Shown here one piece after another: positions 9,053 to 18,609 of a DNA stretch of 64,000 bases. The translations under genes were made by a program, and so were the position numbers. Position 1 is the stretch's first letter, and the number at the start of each line of letters is the position of its first letter. This DNA is from an uncultured Acidobacteriota bacterium. GTDB taxonomy: Bacteria > Acidobacteriota > Vicinamibacteria > Vicinamibacterales > UBA2999. Under the pieces are notes generated by a model. The model made no database searches and had not been told where the DNA came from. It saw nothing but the letters and a program-made list of their open reading frames with translations. The stretch is from assembly GCA_963789815.1 (NCBI GenBank), contig CAWBMG010000002.1, positions 132,886 to 196,885 of the forward strand, in the 5' to 3' direction.

Positions 9053-10498
9053 TTGGTGATTCCAGGCGCCGAGACGATCGTCAACCTCCCCAGATCGCTG
9101 ACGGACTATCCCACACTGGCAGGCGCGAGCCTTTTTCGTACGCTGATCGTGCGTGCCGAGATCGAGCCGTTCAATGCCATTGCGACCGGCATTTTTTTCC
9201 TCGCCATCCTCCACACGTTCTCGGCGGGCCGATTCACGTCACTCGCTCACCGAATCCAGCATCGGCAGGATGCAACGGCTCGTGCTCGCGGGCAACTCGC
9301 AACCCCGAGCCTCGTTGCCGGAGGGCTGCTTTTTTTGGGAGAAGTCGAAGTCGTGTTCGGACTGTGGGCCGTGGTCCTTGCAGTCGCGATCGCAGCGTAC
9401 GCTGGACTGGAAACGGCGAGACATTACCTGAATGACACCGTCAACTACATCGAACCATTGTTCGTGGTCGTGATCATGGCGCTCGCGTCAACGCGCCCCG
9501 TTGTCCTGTTCGCCGAAGCGGCGCTGCGTCGCGTGGCCAATGCCGGAGGGGGCACGCCGGCTCCATGGTGGATCAGCATCCTGACGATCGGACCTCTCCT
9601 CGGATCACTCATCACGGAACCAGCGGCGATGACAATCTGCGCGCTACTGCTGGCGCGTCAGTTCTACGACCTGGAACCCAGCACGAGATTCAAGTACGCG
9701 ACCCTGGGCGCCCTTTTCGTGAACATCTCTATCGGCGGCACGCTGACGCACTTCGCCGCACCGCCCGTGCTCATGGTGGCGCGACCGTGGGGCTGGGACA
9801 CAAGTTTCATGTTGGGTCATTTTGGCTGGCGGGCAGCGGCGGCGATCGCCGCGACGACGGCCGTCTACTATCTCGCGTTCAGACGAGAGTTGACCGTGCT
9901 GGCCGGACGCAGTCCGGTGGCAGACGTTGAACAACCCGACCAGGACACGCCGGGCGCCGTCCTCTTGCCGGTCCCGGCCTGGGTGACAGCCGCGCATTTG
10001 ATGTTCATGGCGTGGACTGTGGTGAACGCCCACTATCCGGTACTCTGTGTTGGGGGGTTCTTCTTCTTCCTCGGATTCGCTCGCGTGACCCAGTCGTATC
10101 AGAGTCGCATCGAGTTGAAGACACCTCTGCTCGTCGGGTTTTTCCTGGCCGGCTTAGTCATTCACGGCGGCCTGCAGGGATGGTGGATCGCGCCGCTCCT
10201 GGGAAGCCTCTCCGAGAGTCCCTTATTCCTCGGCTCGACGGTGTTGACGGCGTTCAATGACAACGCCCTCATTACTTACTTGGCCACGCTGGTGCCGAAC
10301 CTCGGCGACGAGCTCAAGATCGCGATCCTGGAGGGCGCCGTGGTCGGGGGCGGCCTGACAGTGATTGCCAACGCGCCGAATCCGGCGGGCCAGGCGCTCC
10401 TCGGCAGATACTTCGGTGATGTGGTGTCTCCTTTGGGCCTCGCTCTCGGAGCCCTCGTGCCCACCCTCATCGCGGTCGCCATGTTCCGCCTCTTCTAG
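9053..10498 (+). CDS. Polytopic membrane transporter-like protein (possibly the 'putative Na+/H+ antiporter' DUF1504-type family)
   Basis: 481-aa ORF with a GTG start and about 11-12 hydrophobic helices. The family call is from memory only. Confidence 0.5.
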   Translation: MVIPGAETIVNLPRSLTDYPTLAGASLFRTLIVRAEIEPFNAIATGIFFLAILHTFSAGRFTSLAHRIQHRQDATARARGQLATPSLVAGGLLFLGEVEVVFGLWAVVLAVAIAAYAGLETARHYLNDTVNYIEPLFVVVIMALASTRPVVLFAEAALRRVANAGGGTPAPWWISILTIGPLLGSLITEPAAMTICALLLARQFYDLEPSTRFKYATLGALFVNISIGGTLTHFAAPPVLMVARPWGWDTSFMLGHFGWRAAAAIAATTAVYYLAFRRELTVLAGRSPVADVEQPDQDTPGAVLLPVPAWVTAAHLMFMAWTVVNAHYPVLCVGGFFFFLGFARVTQSYQSRIELKTPLLVGFFLAGLVIHGGLQGWWIAPLLGSLSESPLFLGSTVLTAFNDNALITYLATLVPNLGDELKIAILEGAVVGGGLTVIANAPNPAGQALLGRYFGDVVSPLGLALGALVPTLIAVAMFRLF

Positions 10499-10579
10499 CA
10501 ACCGGGCGGCGCGTCGGTCACTCGCGCGATCGCGCGGCAGATGTCAGCCGCCGCCAATCACCAAAGCCGGAGGCACGAA

Positions 10580-11560
10580 CTATGCGTCGAGTGCGTGGCA
10601 GACCGCCGAGTGCGCAGCGCAGATGCTTGAAAAGGGTTCTCCTTCCTGACCGAAGCACTCTATTGGATAGGAGCATACCGTGAGAATCGGAAGTCCGCGG
10701 GTCAGGTCGTCCCACGCGCGTTCGAGTTGAATGGCGGCCTCAGAGTTGCCGTCGCGACAAAGCACGACCGACATGTCACCGACAATCGTCACGTACGACG
10801 CTGATAAGGCGAGGCGTGCGCGCTCGAAATCGTCGATGCTCGCTGCAATGCGGCTGGCATCGAGCTGCCCGTTCACTATCACCTTCGACAATTCAGCCGA
10901 TGCGTCCTGCTGGATGAACCTTCCTCGGCGCGCAGCTTCAGCGATATCGTACCCATTCGCGAACAGCCGTTCTGTGACGCAGGCACGAAACGCATCGGTC
11001 GCGACGATGGCAGCCATGTCGCCTCGTCGGAGCGCGACGCCGAGCAGTTGACTCAGCTCATCGAACGCGGCGCGATCGTTGCTGCGGAACTGCACTGCAT
11101 GCCGGCCAACGCCTGCAGGCGTGGCTGCGAGAAGAGAGGTGAGAGAGGGCACGAAGAGCCGCCCAGCCATCGCGTGTTCGATCGCGCTTGCGAGATCCGA
11201 CAGCATGCGCGTTTTTATTACGTAGCCTTCCGCCCCCGCTTCGATGGCGGCGCCGACGTATTCGTCCGCATCGTGCAGAGTCAACAGGACGATCTTCGCA
11301 CGCGACCCAGCTCGCTTCAGTTCGCGGGCTGTTTGAAAACCGTTGAGGTGAGGCATTGTCACGTCGAGCACGGCGACGTCTGGATCGAGCCGGAGCGTTT
11401 CGTCCAGAGCCTGCCGCCCATCAGGGACCGCGGCGACGAGATCGAAGTCCTTCTCGAGGAGCGTGGACACCGTTTTCAGAATCGACGCGTTGTCGTCGGC
11501 CACAAGAAGTGTCGGCCGACGATCGCCGTTGTTCCGCCCAGACACGCGAGGGGCCGTCAT
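10580..11560 (-). CDS. Response regulator: REC domain fused to a MEDS domain
   Basis: Start moved to ATG 11560, 4 nt after the upstream stop. REC: LLVADDNASI...DVAVLDVTMPHLNG...KIVLLTLH. C-terminal MEDS-like: HAVQF...GRFIQQDA...GDMSVVLCRDGNSEAAIQLERAWDDL...LTVCSYP. Confidence 0.75.
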   Translation of the reverse strand: MTAPRVSGRNNGDRRPTLLVADDNASILKTVSTLLEKDFDLVAAVPDGRQALDETLRLDPDVAVLDVTMPHLNGFQTARELKRAGSRAKIVLLTLHDADEYVGAAIEAGAEGYVIKTRMLSDLASAIEHAMAGRLFVPSLTSLLAATPAGVGRHAVQFRSNDRAAFDELSQLLGVALRRGDMAAIVATDAFRACVTERLFANGYDIAEAARRGRFIQQDASAELSKVIVNGQLDASRIAASIDDFERARLALSASYVTIVGDMSVVLCRDGNSEAAIQLERAWDDLTRGLPILTVCSYPIECFGQEGEPFSSICAAHSAVCHALDA

Positions 11561-11564
11561 TGCA

Positions 11565-12797
11565 CTACAGACCGACAACGGAACTCTGCGCGCGGAGCTC
11601 AACCCGCGTTCCGATCGACGGCGTCGATCGAATCTGGATGCTGGCGCCGATCATCCTCGCGCGCTCCTGGATGCTTATCAGCCCCAGTCCGGGGTTCTCC
11701 TTGAGTCTGGTCATGTCGAATCCAACTCCTCGGTCGGTGATGGTCAACCGCACTTCTCCCGACTCGTTCATGAGAGACACGCGCGCGTCAGAGCTCTTGC
11801 TGTGCTTCGCGATGTTGGCCAGGCACTCCTGGCTCACACGGAACAGCGCCACGGCCACTTCCTCCGGCATCGGAGGCAAGTTGCCCCCGACGAACTCGAC
11901 CGGGATGCGCATCTGCTCGGAGAATTCTCGGCACAACTGTCTGAGTGAGGGGACCAGGCCGAGTTGGGTAACCGTGGCAGGGTGCAAGTTGTGGGACAAG
12001 CGACGAATATCCGACGCGAGGACCTCGACGTCGCGTCGTACCTCTTGCAGCCTTTCTTTGAGAAACGATGCCGCCGAGGGAACCAGGTCCGAGGTCTCGC
12101 TGAGAGCGACGACGAGCATCGCAATGCGCTGCCCAATGTCGTCGTGCAGCTCACGGGACAGTCGCTTACGCTCGGCCTCCTGGCCGAGCATTAGGTTGTC
12201 CTGGACCTTGCGGCCAGCGTTTTCCTGGTTCTTGTGCTCGGTCACGTCCATGCACGTGCCGATGTGGCCGGCGTACGAACCATCGGCTCGAAAGTGCGGC
12301 ACGCCGAAATCGAACAACCAGCCATACTCGCCGTCAGCGCGTTTGACCCGATACTCGCCCCGGCACGGTTGGAGGGACTTGCTGGCTTCGATCAGATCCC
12401 GTGCGGCCTGATCGCGGTCGTCTGGATGAAGCGCCTCGACCCAGGTGAATCCCAGGTCCTGCTCGGGATCACGCCCGGTGAACTCACGCCAGTACTTGCT
12501 GATGTACGTGCAACGATTCTCGGTGTCGGTCATCCACACGACGACCGGCGCGCAGTCCGCTAGCGTCCGAAATCGGTTTTCACTTTCGAGCCAAGCGTCC
12601 GTCGCGAGTTGCGGGGAACCAGGCTTGGACACCGTGTTCAGATTCGATCGCTGGTTAAGTTGGGGATTGCCGAAGGACGGAACTTCGTCCACTGTGAACG
12701 CATTGTAACTTGTAACGCCGAACAGTGATGACTGTGTTCGAAGAAATTTATGTCTTTCCGCGGAATTGCGTTCCACGGAATTGCGCTTCAACAGCAA
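11565..12797 (-). CDS. PAS sensor histidine kinase (HisKA_3 / NarX-DesK type)
   Basis: 410-aa ORF. PAS: ENRFRTLADCAPVVVWMTD...GEYRVKRADGEYGWLFDFGVPHF. H-box LSRELHDDIGQRIA. HATPase_c: DRGVGFD, GLGLISIQERA. Confidence 0.85.
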   Translation of the reverse strand: MLLKRNSVERNSAERHKFLRTQSSLFGVTSYNAFTVDEVPSFGNPQLNQRSNLNTVSKPGSPQLATDAWLESENRFRTLADCAPVVVWMTDTENRCTYISKYWREFTGRDPEQDLGFTWVEALHPDDRDQAARDLIEASKSLQPCRGEYRVKRADGEYGWLFDFGVPHFRADGSYAGHIGTCMDVTEHKNQENAGRKVQDNLMLGQEAERKRLSRELHDDIGQRIAMLVVALSETSDLVPSAASFLKERLQEVRRDVEVLASDIRRLSHNLHPATVTQLGLVPSLRQLCREFSEQMRIPVEFVGGNLPPMPEEVAVALFRVSQECLANIAKHSKSSDARVSLMNESGEVRLTITDRGVGFDMTRLKENPGLGLISIQERARMIGASIQIRSTPSIGTRVELRAQSSVVGL

Positions 12798-13286
12798 AGG
12801 TACGGCGCGCCAGATTAGGGGTAGCGACAGAACGCGGCCGACCGACAGGCGCTCACTTGAATGTCACTGAGAGGCCGGCGCGATCCACGCTGGGACCTGA
12901 TGAGGATCTGGAGTGTCGATCCTTCGCGTGCGGTTCTCCCACTCCCTCCACTTGTTGTACTCGCGCGCCCACTTCTCCAAGCAGACATGCGCTTCACCAG
13001 TCCGATGGATCTTCATCGGCAGGCGCGATCGAGGGGGGAGACGACTCGGAGATGGTATCGGGCACCCTGGACTCTCACACCCGAGGTAGGGGGAGAGCCA
13101 AGCGCAAAAACCCTGGAAAAGCCGGTAACTACAGAGAACGCAGACGCTCCAGACAAGAAATTCGGGGCCTCGCGCCGTCGCCCGCGCGGGTGCAACTACT
13201 GTGCAACCAAGCTACCACCAGTTTTGTAATCCAGGCTAGACTTGACCTCCCTCTTCGGCTTTCAACGACGCCAAGCGGGGCGAGTT

Positions 13287-14838
13287 ATGAAAGTCCCTTC
13301 GCGCCGCCGGCGTATCGAACAGGCCTTGCGCGAGAGCGAAGAACGCTTCCGCCTCCTGGTGGATACGACTCCAGTCATGATGTGGGGGTCAGGCACCGAC
13401 AAACTGTGCGACTTCGTCAATCGCCCGTGGCTGGAGTTCACTGGGCGCACGATTGAGCAGGAGTTGGGGAACGGCTGGAGCAGACGGCGTCTGGCCGGAC
13501 GATTGGGACCGCGTTCTGCGCACCTACATCTCGGCGTTCGACGCGCGCCAGCCATTCCAAATGGAGTACCGCCTCCGGCGAGCTGACGGCCTCTACCGAT
13601 GGGTCCTGGATACGGGTGTGCCAAGGTATGGACGGGACGGCAGTTTTTCAGGCTATATCGGCTCCTGCCTCGATATCACCGATCGCAAGGATTCAGAAGA
13701 TGCGCTCCGCGAAAGTCAGCAGCGCTACGCGGTCGCGACCGCCGCGGGCGCCGTCGGCATTTGGGACTGGAACTTCGAGTCAAACGAGGTCTACGTGGAC
13801 CCCACGCTCAAATCGATATTGGGGTTCGAGAACGCGGAAATCACAGTCCGGGCAGAGGACTGGGGATCCAGAGTCCATCCCGAGGATCTCGCGGCGGTGA
13901 CGGCACAGGCGCAGGCGTGCATCGACGGCGACATCCCTGAGTACGAAGTCGAGCATCGGATGATCCACAAGGATGGTAGCGTGCGGTGGTTCCTCTCGCG
14001 CGGATCATTGTTGAGACGTGCGGATGGCAAGCCGCACCGTTTGATAGGGACGAAGGTGGACATCACCGATCGGAAGCGCGCCGAAGAGGCGATTCGCGAG
14101 AAGGAGGCCGTCTTGCAGGCAAGCGATCGGGAGATTCAGCACCTGGCCGGACGCCTCATCGCTGTTCAGGAAGCCGAGCGGGCGCGCATCGCACGCGATC
14201 TCCACGACGACATAAGCCAGCAACTCGCCGGTCTCGCTATCGCTCTCAGTAGTCACAAACGCCGGGTGTTAGCGTTGGCGAACGGCACGGCTCTGCGGGA
14301 GGACGTGTCATCTCTTCAGCAGCGTGCGATCGACCTGTCGGAGCATGTCCGGCACCTCTCACACGTCCTGCATCCCAGTGTACTGGAGCACGCTGGACTG
14401 GTTGCCGCCCTGACTGCCCACTGCAGCGAGTTCCAGGGCGAGCGGGGCCTCGAGGTGACGTTCAGCCCGAACGGGAATTTCGAGTCCATCGACCCTGCCT
14501 TCGCGCTCTGCTTGTATCGGATCGCGCAGGAAGCGCTCCGCAACATCGTCGCGCACGCGCAAGCCCGCCACGCCGACGTACGGCTGCTGTGCACCGGCGA
14601 CGGCATTGAGCTCACCGTTGCCGATGACGGCACGGGGTTCGATGTCGTCAGAACGCGCCAGAGCGGCGCGGGCCTCGGGTTGGTCAGCATCAGCGAGCGC
14701 GTCAGGCTGTTTGGAGGAACCCTCAGTATCTCGTCAGAATTGAACAAGGGGACGCGGGTTCATGTCCAGTTTCCGGCAGCGCGGCACGGACAGACCGTCG
14801 TCGGCGCCTATTCCGAACGATACGCCCCGTCGGCCTGA
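13287..14838 (+). pseudogene. PAS-PAS sensor histidine kinase (HisKA_3) interrupted by a 1-nt frameshift near 13479, or a sequencing error
   Basis: Track ORFs 13242..13586 and 13453..14838 are one gene. Frame A reads ...EFTGRTIEQELGNGW (TGG 13476-13478). It continues in frame B from 13480 as ADGVWPDDWDRVLRTYISAF..., which restores a normal PAS domain. The paralog at 11565..12797 reads DLGFTWVEALHPDDRD at the equivalent point. Downstream are a second PAS, H-box ARDLHDDISQQLA and HATPase_c DDGTGFD/GLGLVSISERV. Confidence 0.7.
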
Positions 14839-14852
14839 GAGTCTGACGCAAC

Positions 14853-15947
14853 GTGCCAGGTAAGGCGGAATCAATCCTGATCGTCGAAGACGACCAGAGT
14901 GCGGCGAAAGACCTCCAGCAGACACTTAGAAGCCTGGGTTACGACGCCTACGCCATCGCCTCCTCCGCGGAAGAGGCCGTGTCGCAGGCGTCGAGACGCC
15001 GCCCGGATTTGGCCCTCGTGGATGTCGGCATCAAGGGACCGCTCGACGGGATTGACGCGGCCGTGGTCCTTCACGGCCGTTACGGCGTCCCCGTCGTGTA
15101 TCTGACAGCGCACACAGACGACGGCATCATCGAGCGAGCCAAGAAGACCCAACCCTACTGGTATCTTCGCAAGCCCGTAGAGCCGGCTGAACTCCGCAGC
15201 GTCATCGAGCTGGCGCTGCATCGGCACGAGACCGAGGCGGGGCTTCGCGACCGCGAACGGTTGTCCTTCCCGACAACACGAGAGCGCGCCGAGCCTGTCG
15301 AGCGAGGGAGACGCCGCAGCACCGTGCTCCTGGCCGATGACCACGCAGTGCTCAGAGAGGGTCTTGAGAAGTTGCTCATCGATCACGACTTCGAAGTGGT
15401 CGGCACTGTTGCCGACGGCGAGCAGCTCCTCGACTCGGCCGTGCGGCTTCGACCAGATGTCATCGTCACGGACATCTCAATGCCGCCAGGACCGAGCGGC
15501 CTCGACGTGCTGGCGAAGCTGAAGGCCGAGCGCGTCGACAGCAAGGTCATCGTGCTCACCATGCATAACGACACGGCCTTGGCCACGCGGGCCGCGCGCG
15601 CTGGCGCCTCCGGCTTTCTCCTGAAACACTCGGCCGGTGAGGAGCTCGTGACCGCCATCCACCAAGCCTTGCAAGGGCGGGTGTACTTCACACCGGCGGT
15701 GACGAAGGGGGTCATGGAGCAGCTGGCGGGGTCATCCGATGCGTCCGAGTCGATGTTGACCGCGCGACAGCTCGATGTGTTGCGCCTGATCCTCGACGGA
15801 CGCCGGATGAAGGAGATCGCGGCGGCGCTCCAACTGTCCACGCGAACGGTGGAAACGCACAAGTATCAGATGATGGAGGCCCTCGGCGTGTCCTCGACGG
15901 CGGAACTCGTGAAGTATGCCATCGAGCATCGCCTCATCGAGGGGTGA
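14853..15947 (+). CDS. Dual-receiver response regulator with LuxR/GerE HTH (REC-REC-HTH)
   Basis: 364-aa ORF with a GTG start. REC1: ILIVEDDQSAAK...DLALVDVGIKGPLDG. REC2: VLLADDHAVLREGL...DVIVTDISMPPGPSG...KVIVLTMH. HTH: LTARQLDVLRLILDGRRMKEIAAALQLSTRTVETHK. Confidence 0.85.
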   Translation: MPGKAESILIVEDDQSAAKDLQQTLRSLGYDAYAIASSAEEAVSQASRRRPDLALVDVGIKGPLDGIDAAVVLHGRYGVPVVYLTAHTDDGIIERAKKTQPYWYLRKPVEPAELRSVIELALHRHETEAGLRDRERLSFPTTRERAEPVERGRRRSTVLLADDHAVLREGLEKLLIDHDFEVVGTVADGEQLLDSAVRLRPDVIVTDISMPPGPSGLDVLAKLKAERVDSKVIVLTMHNDTALATRAARAGASGFLLKHSAGEELVTAIHQALQGRVYFTPAVTKGVMEQLAGSSDASESMLTARQLDVLRLILDGRRMKEIAAALQLSTRTVETHKYQMMEALGVSSTAELVKYAIEHRLIEG

Positions 15948-16273
15948 CCACGCCTCGCGCGGCTTAGCCGTAGGGCGCGTCTTGGGTTGGAGAACCGCCT
16001 GGGCCAGCCGGGTCTACACCGCAGGACCCGCCCCAGGTAGTTTTACGCAGCAGCACTAGTAGTTTTTCCAGGGGTGTCTCCGTACACCTCCTCTACTCGC
16101 CCCACTCGCCCGTTCATAAAATCCTGCCATTACAGCGGGAAGTCATGAATCGATCACGCCTTCTACTCGCCGCCGAGAGACTGCCGCCTGACCGGCCGTG
16201 CGACCGGTGCTGCGCGGCGAACGTCACGTCAGTCAGGTACCGCCCCTACACCAGAGTCAGAGCTAGTGCGCGA

Positions 16274-16297
16274 TAAGAGGTTTCATAAGAGGTTTCT
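16274..16297 (+). repeat. Tandem 12-mer TAAGAGGTTTC(A/T) x2 directly abutting the start codon at 16298
   Basis: The sequence reads TAAGAGGTTTCA TAAGAGGTTTCT ATG. Each unit carries an AAGAGG Shine-Dalgarno-like core. Confidence 0.8.
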
Positions 16298-17926
16298 ATG
16301 TCAGTCCTCAACATCTCGTCGTCACGTTCACTTCCCGAAAGCGAGCTCGAGCAGATCTCGCAGCTGGCCGTCACACTCTCGGGACGATTGGCGCGCGTGC
16401 ACTTCGATGACATCCCACAAGCAATCGCCCAGGCCCTCCAGGAAGTCGCCGCGGCGACGCGCGTCGAAGCATGCCAGCTCCTCGAGTTCAACGAGTTGGG
16501 CACTGTGGTTCGTGCGCACGTTCCCAGCCCAGCCAAAAATAGGGCTAACGAACAGACCCCAAAGCCGATTCCCGACGAGTGGCTCTTCAAGTGCCTCTCG
16601 CGCGGTGAGCTGGTGGCCATCTCACGACCGGCCGAGCTTCCCCACGAGGCCGTGGCTCTTCGGGAGCGGGCGTCTCAGACGGGGGGGTGTTCCATACTGG
16701 GTGTTCCGGCGTCGGTGGCTGGGCAGGTGGTCTGCGCGCTCGTGGTGGACTGCACTCGGGTGACGCGGCGATGGCAGCAGCAACTGGTCGAGCGCCTGCG
16801 GCTCATTTCAGAGATCCTGGGCGCTGCGCTACAGCGCCGGCGTCAAGAGAACGCTCTTCGCTCAAGCGTCGCAGAGATTGAACGGCTGAACGCTCGGCTC
16901 GAGGCGGACAACGTCTATCTCAAAGAGGAAATCAAGAGCTATCACGACTTTGACGACATCGTTGGCGAGAGCGTTGCGCTCCGACTCGCGTTGACGCGCC
17001 TGGGTCAAGTCGCTCCAACGAACTCGAGCGTGTTACTAATGGGCCCGACCGGAACCGGCAAGGAACTGTTTGCCCGGGCGCTGCACGAACGGAGCCGCCG
17101 GCATGCGCGTCCTTTGGTGCGCGTCAACTGCGCGGCGCTTCCACCAACACTCGTGGAAAGCGAACTGTTCGGCCATGAGAAAGGCGCCTTCACTGGCGCC
17201 GTGGCGATGCGACAGGGGCGCTTCGAACTGGCCGACGGCGGCACGATTTTCCTGGACGAGATCGGTGACCTGCCGCCGGAGATTCAGGTGAAGTTTCTCC
17301 GCGTATTGCAGGAAGGGGAATTCGAGCGCGTGGGATCTTCCCGTTCGAAGCGTGTGGATGTTCGCGTGATTGCTGCGACGCATCACGACCTCGAGGCGGC
17401 GGTGACAGAGGGGCGCTTTCGGGCCGACCTGTACTACCGCTTGAGCGTTTACCCGATTCATCTCCCCTCCCTGTGCGAGCGCGTGGACGACATCCCGCGG
17501 CTCGTTTGGTTTTTCATCCACCGCCACCAGCGCCATCTCGGGCGACACATCACGAAGGTTCCGCAGGCTCTCATGGAAGCCTTGCAACGCTACGCGTGGC
17601 CTGGAAACGTTCGAGAGCTCGAGAACGTGGTGGAGCGCGCGATGATCGCGTCTTCTGGGGACACGCTGCAACTCGACGCTCCACTTGCCTTGAGCCCCAG
17701 GGGCAGAGTGCAGACCGAAGCGTCGGAGAATCTCGATGCCGTTCAACGCGCCCACATCGAGAGCGTCCTCGAGCGATGCGGCTGGCGGATCAACGGGACG
17801 GGAAACACCGCGGAGCGCTTGGGCGTCCATCCGAACACGCTGCGATTTCGCATGAAGAAACTGGGAGTGGTGTGTCCCGACAATAAGGGGCACCATCGGC
17901 CGGCGCAAAGGGCTAATTCGGCCTGA
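16298..17926 (+). CDS. Sigma-54-dependent transcriptional activator (GAF-like sensor, AAA+ domain, Fis-type HTH)
   Basis: 542-aa ORF. Motifs LLMGPTGTGKELFA, ESELFGHEKGAFTGA (GAFTGA motif) and GTIFLDEIGD. C-terminal HTH AERLGVHPNTLRFRMKKLG. Confidence 0.9.
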   Translation: MSVLNISSSRSLPESELEQISQLAVTLSGRLARVHFDDIPQAIAQALQEVAAATRVEACQLLEFNELGTVVRAHVPSPAKNRANEQTPKPIPDEWLFKCLSRGELVAISRPAELPHEAVALRERASQTGGCSILGVPASVAGQVVCALVVDCTRVTRRWQQQLVERLRLISEILGAALQRRRQENALRSSVAEIERLNARLEADNVYLKEEIKSYHDFDDIVGESVALRLALTRLGQVAPTNSSVLLMGPTGTGKELFARALHERSRRHARPLVRVNCAALPPTLVESELFGHEKGAFTGAVAMRQGRFELADGGTIFLDEIGDLPPEIQVKFLRVLQEGEFERVGSSRSKRVDVRVIAATHHDLEAAVTEGRFRADLYYRLSVYPIHLPSLCERVDDIPRLVWFFIHRHQRHLGRHITKVPQALMEALQRYAWPGNVRELENVVERAMIASSGDTLQLDAPLALSPRGRVQTEASENLDAVQRAHIESVLERCGWRINGTGNTAERLGVHPNTLRFRMKKLGVVCPDNKGHHRPAQRANSA

Positions 17927-18227
17927 GCCCGCCGTTCTCTCTTTTTGTTTCCCTTCGGCCGGCCCGTCGCGATGCGCGGGCCGGCGACCCGCGATTCGAA
18001 TCCGGACATCCAGGCACACCAACGACACTCTGCGATTTCGGATGAAAAGACTGGGAGTGGTATGTCCCGACCAATAGTGGGCACCACCATCGGCCGGCGC
18101 AGGGTCAGTCCGGCCTGAGCTCGCCGTTATCTATCCGTTTCCCTTCGTCCGACCGGTCGCGATGCGCGGGCCGGCGACTCGACATTCGAATCCAGCTTCA
18201 ACTGCAGATATCCAGGCACACCAACGA
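17840..18227. repeat. Tandem duplication, two diverged units of about 190 bp (17840-18029 and 18030-18227)
   Basis: Manual alignment gives roughly 85% identity. Both units contain CTGCGATTTCG(C/G)ATGAA(G/A)A(A/G)ACTGGGAGTGGT(G/A)TGTCCCGAC ... GTCGCGATGCGCGGGCCGGCGAC ... ATTCGAATCC ... ATCCAGGCACACCAACGA. Unit B has an insertion of about 13 nt. Confidence 0.85.
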
Positions 18228-18507
18228 GTGTTGCGCCTTGGCCTCGCAATCGCTGCAGGGCTTCGATGCCCGCCATGTCGGCGGACACGAGCTCCGTCAG
18301 ATCGAGCTCAATGGAAAGGACTTCCGCGCATGCTCCGAGCAGTTCTGGGACCTGCGCGACACTCAGACGGCCAGCCAGCCGTACGACGCGTCGATCGGTT
18401 TCCTGAACGACGCCGATCCAGCACTCCACGGCCCGTTCAGAGGCAAAACGCAAGCCACGACGGACGAACCGGGAATTTGTCAGAACGTGCGTCAAATCTT
18501 TGCACAT
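18127..18507 (-). CDS. STAS-domain protein (anti-sigma-factor antagonist-like)
   Basis: 126-aa ORF. The segment VVRLAGRLSVAQVPELLGACAEVLSIELDLTELVSADMAGIEALQRLRGQGATLVGVPGYL is typical of SpoIIAA/STAS topology. Confidence 0.65.
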   Translation of the reverse strand: MCKDLTHVLTNSRFVRRGLRFASERAVECWIGVVQETDRRVVRLAGRLSVAQVPELLGACAEVLSIELDLTELVSADMAGIEALQRLRGQGATLVGVPGYLQLKLDSNVESPARASRPVGRRETDR

Positions 18508-18609
18508 CCCCCTCGGGGCTCAGGTGGGGGCGCGGCCACGTCCCGCTTGGTTACAGCCGGTCGTCATCGAATATCAACACCTGGGAGCGGGCAACGGGCC
18601 TCGTGAACC

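Noticed and set aside
12761-12790. 15-nt direct repeat CGGAATTGCG(T/C)T(C/T)CA x2 at the extreme 5' end of the kinase ORF
   Set aside because: It could be a regulator site if the true start is downstream. It is equally compatible with a coding duplication (NSVERNSAER). This cannot be resolved from sequence alone.
17975-18200. TTCGAATCC strings (about 17985 and 18187) resembling a tRNA T-loop
   Set aside because: The flanking bases do not form a T-stem, and no acceptor or anticodon arms can be drawn. The strings are the reverse-strand coding tail of the STAS gene (DSNVES) and its duplicated ghost.
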